Assembly (NCBI GenBank): GCA_040235515.1 | Contig: JBECKX010000061.1 | Location: forward strand, 1 to 16,291 | DNA: 16,291 nucleotides | Origin: Candidatus Zixiibacteriota bacterium | GTDB lineage: Bacteria > Zixibacteria > MSB-5A5 > CAIYYT01 | Reading direction: 5' to 3' | In this document: positions 1 through 6,930 of the stretch, in pieces | How positions within the stretch are numbered: the stretch's first letter is position 1 | Layout: the number at the start of each line of letters is the position of its first letter | Program-made: the position numbers and the translations under genes | Notes under the pieces: generated by a model | Databases searched by the model: none | The model's input: only the letters and a program-made list of their open reading frames with translations | Told to the model about the DNA's origin: nothing

Positions 1-204
1 CTTCTTGAGGAGATTGAGGATGGCCACACGACTTATGCTGCCAATTTACTATTGTGCAATGCCGAGTCCGGCGAACTACGTAGAGTCACAGAATTAAAGG
101 ATTGCGAAGCATCGGTTCCAGTCTGGTCACCGGTTCAAGATCGCTTTTTGTACGTCGAAGAATGTTCAGGCTGGGTTTATCTAGTTGAAGTGAACGCGAA
201 TTAA
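1..204 (+). CDS. 3' end of a protein, probably TolB-like/PD40 beta-propeller (partial, starts before the window)
   Basis: Frame +1 is open from base 1 to TAA at 202-204: LLEEIEDGHTTYAANLLLCNAESGELRRVTELKDCEASVPVWSPVQDRFLYVEECSGWVYLVEVNAN*. 'GELRRVT...PVWSP..DRFLYV' resembles a TolB/PD40 blade. Not in the supplied ORF track. Confidence 0.55.
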   Translation, partial: LLEEIEDGHTTYAANLLLCNAESGELRRVTELKDCEASVPVWSPVQDRFLYVEECSGWVYLVEVNAN

Positions 205-205
205 A

Positions 206-398
206 GGCCGGGTCGCCCACAGCTTGCTGTGGGATCCTCCCTGGTTGACTCGCCCGGACAATATCCAAGGTCAAGTATTGATAGGTACAATGGGAATCAC
301 GATGGGCCACTGACCATCGATGAAGTGGAGTTGCTGTAAGATGTTGAAGTTGCAGCCTCCAATGACTGAACCCACAGCAAGCTGTGGGCGACCCCGCC
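206..398. repeat. Inverted doublet of a palindromic REP-like unit (REPIN-like)
   Basis: GGGTCGCCCACAGCTTGCTGTGGG (210-233) is the exact reverse complement of 371-394; the match extends to 206-233/371-398 with 1 mismatch. Each copy contains an 8-bp hairpin, CCCACAGC-nn-GCTGTGGG. Spacer is 137 bp. Confidence 0.8.
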
Positions 399-443
399 CC
401 GCCTTGTGAAGCAGAGACATGGCATCTTTCGCTTCAGGTATTC

Positions 444-659
444 CTACGCAGCAATTGAGCTTGATTTTGTGTCCGGCTCCTTGAAGATCTTCTTCATAAT
501 CATCTCGGCCGGGCAAAAACCTGTGAACGCCGACTGAATCAGGTTTACACCCACAAACGCCGCCAGAAAGAGCCAGTACTTCGATACCAGTACCGAGAGG
601 ACCAGCGCGATCAGGATCATCGTGCCGGCCAATACCCGAATTCTGTTTTCCATTGTCAT
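444..659 (-). CDS. DUF2892 (YgaP-like transmembrane domain) small membrane protein, 71 aa
   Basis: MTMENRIRVLAGTMIL...WLFLAAFVGVNLIQSAFTGFCP has two TM helices and the typical 'R..AG...G.NL.Q..FTG.CP' pattern. Start moved to ATG 659 (GGAG upstream); the 48-aa extension in the ORF track runs through repeat hairpins. Confidence 0.85.
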   Translation of the reverse strand: MTMENRIRVLAGTMILIALVLSVLVSKYWLFLAAFVGVNLIQSAFTGFCPAEMIMKKIFKEPDTKSSSIAA

Positions 660-693
660 TTTGTTCTTCTCTCCATCAGGGGTTCTTGAGAAT

Positions 694-747
694 TGCGGCG
701 GAGCGTCGAGGCTCACAGGAGGGCAAGTCAAGGGACGCTCCACCACA
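694..747 (-). repeat. REP-like hairpin
   Basis: Minus strand reads TGTGGTGGAGCGTC-26 nt-GACGCTCCGCCGCA: a 14-bp stem with two G-U pairs (these are A-C mismatches on the plus strand). Confidence 0.6.
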
Positions 748-789
748 TTCTGTATGCTTAAAGGTCTTCTTTTCTTCTTCCTTCGTCCT

Positions 790-847
790 CTGTCAAGCCC
801 CAAGAGGGCTTGACCTACCTGTCAAGTCCCAAGTGAACTTGACCTAC
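790..847 (-). repeat. Two tandem GTAG-family REP units (790-818, 819-847)
   Basis: Minus strand GTAGGTCAAGCCCTCTTGGGGCTTGACAG (790-818) and GTAGGTCAAGTTCACTTGGGACTTGACAG (819-847): GTAG tetranucleotide, 9-bp stem, 5-nt loop. Confidence 0.8.
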
Positions 848-864
848 TCGTTTTCGCTGCGCGA

Positions 865-891
865 GTCCGAACCACAGGGGTTCGGACCTAC
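865..891 (-). repeat. Divergent GTAG-family REP unit
   Basis: Minus strand GTAG-GTCCGAACC-CCTGT-GGTTCGGAC has the same 4+9+5+9 geometry as its neighbours, with a different but perfectly paired stem. Confidence 0.75.
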
Positions 892-911
892 AAGCTACAA
901 GACTTCTACCA

Positions 912-968
912 GCGTCAGGTCACACACTTGAATCGGCAGGCCTCATCAAGCGCAAGACCTGACGCAAC
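912..968 (-). repeat. Long REP-like hairpin
   Basis: Minus strand GTT-GCGTCAGGTCTTGCGCTTGA-14 nt-TCAAGTGTGTGACCTGACGC: a 20-bp stem with three G-U pairs and one mismatch. Starts with GTTG (compare GTAG). Confidence 0.65.
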
Positions 969-977
969 AGATTGATC

Positions 978-1006
978 CTGTCAAGCCCCAAGAGGGCTTG
1001 ACCTAC
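978..1006 (-). repeat. GTAG-family REP unit, identical to 790-818
   Basis: 29/29 identical to 790-818; begins 8 nt after the beta-barrel gene stop codon. Confidence 0.8.
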
Positions 1007-1014
1007 GGTACGGT

Positions 1015-2316
1015 TTAGAACCCGTAGGTCACCTTGCCATACAGGTTGTCATTCAACATAAAGGCTCCGAACTCGGTGGCGCCGCTGGTGCCGTCGAACA
1101 AGTTGCCACCGAGCGTCAGAGTCATATTATCGCTGTACTTCCAGTCAACATTAAAGCGATAGTAGACATCCTCATCGGACGGCGAGTAGAAGATGAAGCT
1201 GCTGAGGACAATCGTCTCAAGCTTCAAAGTCTTGGTGAGTCGGGATGTGATAAGCGAACGCAGCTCATCTTCCGTTGCACCGCCCATTTGAGAGGCTACA
1301 TATTTGTCATGATCAAGCATATACTGGGCTTGATACTGAATGTTTGCAGTCAGGTTAGTCGCGACCTGGCGCTCATACCCCACCAATCCCTGCAGCTCAC
1401 TGTTCGGGACGAAGGGATTGTCGCCATCACTGTCGCCACGCGAGTCGAAGTAGCCGCCTTCCACCCAGAGGATTCCACCACTAAACTGTCCGCGCACTGA
1501 GGCACCATAGACATTCAGGCGGGGGTAGTAAGGCATCATTGCCATCGGGTCAAACCCGACCGGGTTCTTGTAAAAACCACGGTAGCCATAAAGCGCCAGC
1601 GCCCAGCCAGACACAGAATTCTGATAACGGAATGCCGTCTCTGAATTTTCCCAGGTTGATTCCGGTTGTCGCGCCATCAACACGAACGGTTCGCCACCAA
1701 CGAAATCTCCAACCATCGGGTTGAAGTAGGAGAAGCGCATCCCGTCCGGAATCCGGTTCGGAGTGAACTCCGGTGTCCAGACGACACTGAAGGTGCCATA
1801 GGGCGAGTAGTACTCGACACGCAGCGAAGTCTGCGGTGCCTTCAGGTATTGGTCATCGCGTCCCGAGAAGAATGATTCGTAGTCCTTGGCGAAGACATCG
1901 TTGATGAAGATCAAATCACCCGTGCCCCAGGTGGAAATCTGGCGCCCCACCTTGAAGTCAACATAGTTGAACAATGTGAACTTGACGTAGCCTTCGCGCA
2001 GCTCCCAGTTGTATTGGTCGTCGCTAATGTCATCGTAGACGAAGTCTGTGCGCGCGAAAAACTCCGCTCCACCGGAATATTCCTCCAACTTCAGCTGCAG
2101 GCGCACCTCAGAGGCCGAATACTCACTCGGCACGGGATTGCGTTCATGCAGGAACCCGCCCCACAGTCCCTGGACAAAACCGTAGACCGGCAACCCCTGG
2201 GCGGAAGCCGCCGGTGTCAGAGGCGACAGTAGTGACACCAGCAGCATAAGTCCCAGGAGGCTCACTGTGAATCTTTTTAGATTCATCTCTATCTTGATCG
2301 TGCGTAGATTAGTCAT
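1015..2316 (-). CDS. Outer-membrane beta-barrel protein (DUF1302-like/porin-like), 433 aa
   Basis: Signal peptide ending ASA-Q. 'LREGYV...DFKVGRQISTWG' motif of alginate-export/DUF1302-like barrels. Alternating amphipathic strands and a C-terminal BAM-type signal (LYGKVTYGF). AGGAG 9 nt before the ATG. Confidence 0.8.
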   Translation of the reverse strand: MTNLRTIKIEMNLKRFTVSLLGLMLLVSLLSPLTPAASAQGLPVYGFVQGLWGGFLHERNPVPSEYSASEVRLQLKLEEYSGGAEFFARTDFVYDDISDDQYNWELREGYVKFTLFNYVDFKVGRQISTWGTGDLIFINDVFAKDYESFFSGRDDQYLKAPQTSLRVEYYSPYGTFSVVWTPEFTPNRIPDGMRFSYFNPMVGDFVGGEPFVLMARQPESTWENSETAFRYQNSVSGWALALYGYRGFYKNPVGFDPMAMMPYYPRLNVYGASVRGQFSGGILWVEGGYFDSRGDSDGDNPFVPNSELQGLVGYERQVATNLTANIQYQAQYMLDHDKYVASQMGGATEDELRSLITSRLTKTLKLETIVLSSFIFYSPSDEDVYYRFNVDWKYSDNMTLTLGGNLFDGTSGATEFGAFMLNDNLYGKVTYGF

Positions 2317-2352
2317 GGCCGTAATCTCCTCAAACTCCTCTATCGGGTTCCG

Positions 2353-3168
2353 CTACTTCACGAACTCGCGCGGAGGGTTCTTGAGGAAACGTTCGGTGAA
2401 GACCTCATCCTTGATGCCCTGGTTATACTTGATCGAGCTGAACTGCACGGTCGTGTACTGGCCCTTCTTCTCGTCGGTCATCTTGCGCAGCGTAACGGTC
2501 GGGATTTGATCGATCACTTCCACTTTCTCGGCGGTGAAGACGCGAATCAACTCGTCCTTGTCGTTGTAGTACTCTTCCCTGAGCGGAAGGTAGTTCTCCT
2601 TGCTGATGTAGGACACCTTGCGGGCGAATCCGCCGTATCCAGCATCCTTCGGCTTCGACTCGATAACCCAGACAGCACTACCGTTGAGTTCATCTTCCTT
2701 CATGAGCGTGTGGGTATCCTCGGTCCAGAGGCGGCCGGAGACATCCTCGTAGGTGAAGTTCGACCCGACGAAGCTTGAGTTTTTGTCATCAGCCGCGATC
2801 GGCTTAATCAGGTCGACAGCGGGGACATAGATCCAGCGTTTGTCGTTACCTGCGGCTGACTTATGGACCATGAAGGTGAGACGCTTGACATCGGAGGGCT
2901 CATAGAAGTAAGTGTAGTACTTCTGATCGCCACCATCCGCCTGATCGAGGCGCAGCATCGTGAAGCGACGGTTGCGTTCTTTGCCTTTATCGTTAACGAT
3001 CGACATGTTGACCTCGGCCACGCCGTCGTCAGCGGCGTAGTAGTAGGCCATGTGCGACTTCTTCATGATCTCGGTCGGGTCTTTCTCCTGCGCGTTGGCG
3101 TTCGAGAATGCCATCAGTCCGAGCGCGTTCGCGAGTACGAAAACAAGTAATGTTCTGAGCTTCTTCAC
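2353..3168 (-). CDS. LolA-like periplasmic protein ('outer membrane lipoprotein-sorting protein' family), 271 aa
   Basis: Signal peptide ending ANA-Q. Family motifs 'YFYEPSDVK', 'RWIYVPA', 'SFVGSNFTYED', 'VFTERFL'. Probable GTG start at 3168 preceded by AGGAG-7 nt. Confidence 0.85.
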   Translation of the reverse strand: MKKLRTLLVFVLANALGLMAFSNANAQEKDPTEIMKKSHMAYYYAADDGVAEVNMSIVNDKGKERNRRFTMLRLDQADGGDQKYYTYFYEPSDVKRLTFMVHKSAAGNDKRWIYVPAVDLIKPIAADDKNSSFVGSNFTYEDVSGRLWTEDTHTLMKEDELNGSAVWVIESKPKDAGYGGFARKVSYISKENYLPLREEYYNDKDELIRVFTAEKVEVIDQIPTVTLRKMTDEKKGQYTTVQFSSIKYNQGIKDEVFTERFLKNPPREFVK

Positions 3169-3224
3169 TTTGTTTCTCCTGTTCTGTATCAAATCAATCA
3201 ACACTATTGAAGTCTATGGGTATA

Positions 3225-5567
3225 TCAGGCACCCTGTGGTGCGGTTTCGATATCATTGTGCTCCTGCGGATTTCCGTCCGGCAGCAGCTTCTTGTGGAAT
3301 GTGCGGACAATCGCCGGCAACAGCAGCATCGTCACCAGCCCGGAGACCAGCATAATCGCCAGGAAGAACGTTCCGACGGTGATGTAGGGAACCAGGTTGG
3401 AGAAGAGCATCGGCACGAAACCGATGGCGATGACCATGACGTTGCGGAAGATCGCGCGGCCTGCGCTCTCGAAAATCTCGTGATACGATTCTTTGAAATT
3501 GCCGGTGCGGCTGTGAATGATCCGCAGTCGCTCGATAAAGTGAATCGCGAAGTCAATCGATAGACCGAGCGTCAGCGCCGAAAGCACCGCAACCGGCATA
3601 TCGTACGGTTTACCGATGTAGCCGATGAATCCGTAGATCGCCGCCACGGTAAGGGTCAGCGGCAGCATGGCGATGATGCCCCAGCGCAGCGAGCGGAAAA
3701 GGATAACCATCATAAAGAACACGACGACGAATGATCCGAGGAATGCCGTGCGCATGCCGGTCACCATGCTTTTCTGCCACTCGATATTGATATAGGGCAG
3801 GCCGGACCAGTGGGTGGTCACACCCTCCGGCAGCGGGTTGGCCTCCATATAGGCCTCCGCGCGCTCAACGACCTGCGATACCAGCTTGTTGTCGCCGTTG
3901 CGCATCTGTACCCAGAGATTGGTCATATCATAGTCGCTGGTGACGAATTTGAAGAGGTCATCCGGGTCACCGCCTGACATCTCGAAGAGGAACAACATCT
4001 GCCCCACCTCTTCCGGGGTGTCAGGAATAATCATCTTGGTCGAATCAGCTCCAAATAACTCGAAGCGTACTTTCTTGATCACATCGGGCAAACCGGTAGT
4101 GGCGCCTACGACAGGGTCCTTCTCGAGGTCACGCTGCAGGTTTTCGATGTAGCGTTCCACTTCGGGGTCCTTCATACGGTCGTAGTCATCCCCTTCGAAC
4201 ACGAGATAATTCATGTAGGTACCGGCGAGGTGCTCATTCATTGCGGTGTCGGCGATCCGAATCGGGTGTGACTGTTTGAACCACTTGACCGGGTTGTCAT
4301 TAACTTCGAGCATCGAGAGGCCGATCGCCGCAGCCACCGCCAGGACCATCGAAGTGAAGATGATCAATTTGTTGTAGTTCCAGGCGAGGTCGCGGAAGCC
4401 GTGCAACAGCTTTGACATCGGACCATGCGCATCGTCGGCGCGTCCGAAATTCTTCAAAGTGTCGGTCGGGATCAGAATACCGATCGCCGGATTGAGTGTC
4501 AGCGAGAGGAACCAGGCAACCAGCACACCGAACGCCACGAAGATACCGAATACTTGAACGGGTGGAATCGGCGTGGTTACCAGGGATGCAAAACCGGCAA
4601 TCGTCGTCAGCGACGTAAACAGCAGCGGCACGAACAGTTCGTTGATGGTATGGCGAATAGTAGCATCTTTATGTTTGTACCTGGTGTAGCGGTCATGGAA
4701 TTCCGAGATGATATGAATCGAGTTGAGCACCGCGATTGGTATCAGGAAGATCGGAATCATCGACGACATGATGTGCACCGTGTTACCGGTCAGGATCAGA
4801 AGGCCCATCGACCAGATCACCGCCATCATTGCGACAATCATCGGCGCCAGGATCACCAGCAGCTTGCGGAAGAATACGAATAGCAGGATGAAGATGATCA
4901 GGAACGCAGCGGGAGCGGAGAGCGCCATCTGCGAAAACATCTCGGCTCCGAACGAGTCCTCAGCCACCGGCAGACCGGCGATATGGTAGGTTTCATCGCC
5001 TTTGTATTTCTCGGTGATTGCCGTGATCTCGCCGGCGATCCGATGTGACATCGTCTTCGATTCAATCGGGACAAAGAGAGCGATCGCTTTGCCATCGTCA
5101 GACGCCAGTTTGCCGCGCAGTACAGGGTTTTCCTGAATGCGCCTGAAGATGTAGTCCGCCTGTGCCTGCGTCTCGACCTTCTCGCTCATCAGCGGTTCGA
5201 TCACCAGCACACCGCCTGCACCCTGACGGATGTCGTCAACCGTCGACGGGGCCAGCATGTCCGCCACAATCACGCCATCGATTTTCTCGATTTCGGCGGT
5301 GATATCGTAGATGCGGTTTAGCAGTTCCGGCTTGAACGCGCCGTGCTCTTCAACCACCCCAACCGCGATAAAATCCGACAGGTTGAATATTTCTTTGGTT
5401 TCATGATCCTGGATACGCACCTGCGAATCCGCCGGCAGCATATTCTCAGGATCAGTATCAATTTTGATGTTCGGAAACTGGAATGCGAAAAAGGCGGTGA
5501 TGATTACGGCCGCCGAAATCACAATCCAGGGATGTTTGATTGAGAAATTCGCTATCTGGGCTTTCAT
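3225..5567 (-). CDS. MMPL-family RND transporter, ~780 aa
   Basis: Two repeats of TM + large periplasmic loop + 5 TMs. Motifs 'IDTDPENMLP', 'TSLTTIAGFASL', 'GLSIDFAIH'. ATG 5567 preferred (AGGAG upstream); the ORF track extends to TTG 5612. Confidence 0.92.
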   Translation of the reverse strand: MKAQIANFSIKHPWIVISAAVIITAFFAFQFPNIKIDTDPENMLPADSQVRIQDHETKEIFNLSDFIAVGVVEEHGAFKPELLNRIYDITAEIEKIDGVIVADMLAPSTVDDIRQGAGGVLVIEPLMSEKVETQAQADYIFRRIQENPVLRGKLASDDGKAIALFVPIESKTMSHRIAGEITAITEKYKGDETYHIAGLPVAEDSFGAEMFSQMALSAPAAFLIIFILLFVFFRKLLVILAPMIVAMMAVIWSMGLLILTGNTVHIMSSMIPIFLIPIAVLNSIHIISEFHDRYTRYKHKDATIRHTINELFVPLLFTSLTTIAGFASLVTTPIPPVQVFGIFVAFGVLVAWFLSLTLNPAIGILIPTDTLKNFGRADDAHGPMSKLLHGFRDLAWNYNKLIIFTSMVLAVAAAIGLSMLEVNDNPVKWFKQSHPIRIADTAMNEHLAGTYMNYLVFEGDDYDRMKDPEVERYIENLQRDLEKDPVVGATTGLPDVIKKVRFELFGADSTKMIIPDTPEEVGQMLFLFEMSGGDPDDLFKFVTSDYDMTNLWVQMRNGDNKLVSQVVERAEAYMEANPLPEGVTTHWSGLPYINIEWQKSMVTGMRTAFLGSFVVVFFMMVILFRSLRWGIIAMLPLTLTVAAIYGFIGYIGKPYDMPVAVLSALTLGLSIDFAIHFIERLRIIHSRTGNFKESYHEIFESAGRAIFRNVMVIAIGFVPMLFSNLVPYITVGTFFLAIMLVSGLVTMLLLPAIVRTFHKKLLPDGNPQEHNDIETAPQGA

Positions 5568-6007
5568 TTCGGAATTGCTCTCCTGTGACAACTGTTTAAG
5601 CTCTTTGCCCAATTGGATGGGAAATTCACGGAAACGATTCAGAAAAAGTTTAGTTGTTGGAAAATAATAGGTTATGGGACCAAAGGGGGGAGAAAAAACT
5701 CGGCTGTCAAAGCCGGATTCAGTCCTGTTTTGCCGCGGTCAGTGCGCTGTTGCCCGTGGCAACCAGCCCCTCGAGTCACGTTGTTCACGGTTTTATGACG
5801 CTCATTCGAGATGTGAGAATCTCTCCAAAGTTTCGTTACAGAGTTGTGATATCTCAATTGTTGTAAGGGGTAAGTTCATGTTGCAGAAAGTCTGAATTCA
5901 CTGCCGGCGGGATGCGCTCCTGCGCCGTGGCACAGTTTATCCAGCCCCGCAGTGACAGATAAGGCAACCTGGAAGTAGTAAAACTTACACCCTAACAAGA
6001 GGTACCA

Positions 6008-6829
6008 ATGCACACCAAACTCATCACAAAGCTGTTTTTTAGTCTGCTGGCAGTAGCCCTGGTGGGAATCGGATGCTCGACGGAACAGCCGATTGCTCCC
6101 TCATCAGCTCAGTCGGATGGACTCGACAACCTGGAAGATGTCAACACGGATCTGGCGCGCTTCGGCCGCCATGACAGCGAGCCAGTCACATTCCTGGTGA
6201 GGATCGAAAATGTCTCGACCGGTTCAACTCTGCACCTCTCCACCGGTGGCACGGCTCCGGCGCCACACTCACCCGGAGCGTGGGCTGTCACCCGTCTCCT
6301 CAATCCCTTCTTCAGAGTAGGGCATTACGACAATGGTCGAGGTTTGGAGCAGCAGGCCGAGGATGGTGATCCCTCTATGCTCGGAGCCAACATTGCCAAC
6401 GACTGGCGTGTGAAGTCGAGTGGTATTTTCAATACGCCGGTTGGTGACTCAGGTCCCGGTCCCGCGACGCCGGGCAAGGCATTTGAGTTCATGGTGACTG
6501 CGCAGCCGGGTGACCATCTTTCGTTTACCTCAATGTTTGGTCAGTCGAACGATCTTTTCTACTCACCGGGCAATATCGGCATTCCGCTCTTCAAGCGGCA
6601 CAGACAGCCGATCAGCGGTGACGTCACTCGCTACGTTACCCTCTGGGATGCCGGAACCGAAGTCAACCAGGAACCGGGTGTCGGCGCCGATCAGGCTCCG
6701 CGCCAGTCTGGTCCGAACACCGGCGAGAGCGAGCGCAGACGCATCACCCGTCCGCGTGACGCCTATACCTATCCGCGCACAGAAGAAGTAATCAAGGTTA
6801 CCATTACCCCGGTGGCAAACCCGTCGTAG
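6008..6829 (+). CDS. Spondin_N-domain lipoprotein, 273 aa
   Basis: Lipobox-like LVGIG-C. Spondin_N motifs 'SPGAWAV', 'LEQQAEDGDP', 'SMFGQSNDLF', 'LWDAGTEVN'. GAGG before the ATG. Confidence 0.85.
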   Translation: MHTKLITKLFFSLLAVALVGIGCSTEQPIAPSSAQSDGLDNLEDVNTDLARFGRHDSEPVTFLVRIENVSTGSTLHLSTGGTAPAPHSPGAWAVTRLLNPFFRVGHYDNGRGLEQQAEDGDPSMLGANIANDWRVKSSGIFNTPVGDSGPGPATPGKAFEFMVTAQPGDHLSFTSMFGQSNDLFYSPGNIGIPLFKRHRQPISGDVTRYVTLWDAGTEVNQEPGVGADQAPRQSGPNTGESERRRITRPRDAYTYPRTEEVIKVTITPVANPS

Positions 6830-6854
6830 CCGGGTCTTGTCAGCACAGATGATT

Positions 6855-6885
6855 AAAACGGGCCCGTCAGAGTTGACGGGCCCGT
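6855..6885 (-). terminator. Intrinsic terminator between convergent genes (possibly bidirectional)
   Basis: ACGGGCCCGTCA-gagt-TGACGGGCCCGT forms a 12-bp stem (6858-6885). On the minus strand a TTTT run overlaps the stem base; the plus-strand tail is only weakly T-rich. Confidence 0.7.
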
Positions 6886-6930
6886 GCTGTTGTCATCCCG
6901 GTAGAAGCTGTTTGTCATTGGCGATACAAA

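Noticed and set aside
86..516. Minus-strand ORFs 86-310 and 271-516
   Set aside because: They overlap the better-supported plus-strand gene end, the repeat doublet and DUF2892, and show no recognisable motifs.
660..803. N-terminal extension of the DUF2892 ORF (119-aa version), and plus-strand ORFs 622-813 and 653-931
   Set aside because: They run through REP hairpins and a low-complexity purine/pyrimidine tract; the family domain starts at ATG 659 with its own RBS.
790..1006. CRISPR array (29-bp palindromic direct repeats)
   Set aside because: Gaps between units are 0, ~15 and ~86 bp, the repeats diverge by compensatory changes, and no cas genes are present. GTAG + hairpin fits REPs better.
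2326..2340. Tandem GAGGAG motifs before the beta-barrel gene as CsrA-type sites
   Set aside because: One is the RBS and neither sits in an evident hairpin loop, so the evidence is insufficient.
5928..5943. Sigma-54 promoter for the spondin gene (TGGCAC-AGTTT-ATCC)
   Set aside because: The -24 element is good but the -12 reads ATCC rather than TTGC, and no enhancer-binding protein gene is in the window.
5937..5975. SAM-I riboswitch (TTATC...GATAAG, GGCAACC)
   Set aside because: The fragments are in the wrong order and too close together; the kink-turn/P2 and P3-P4 elements are missing.
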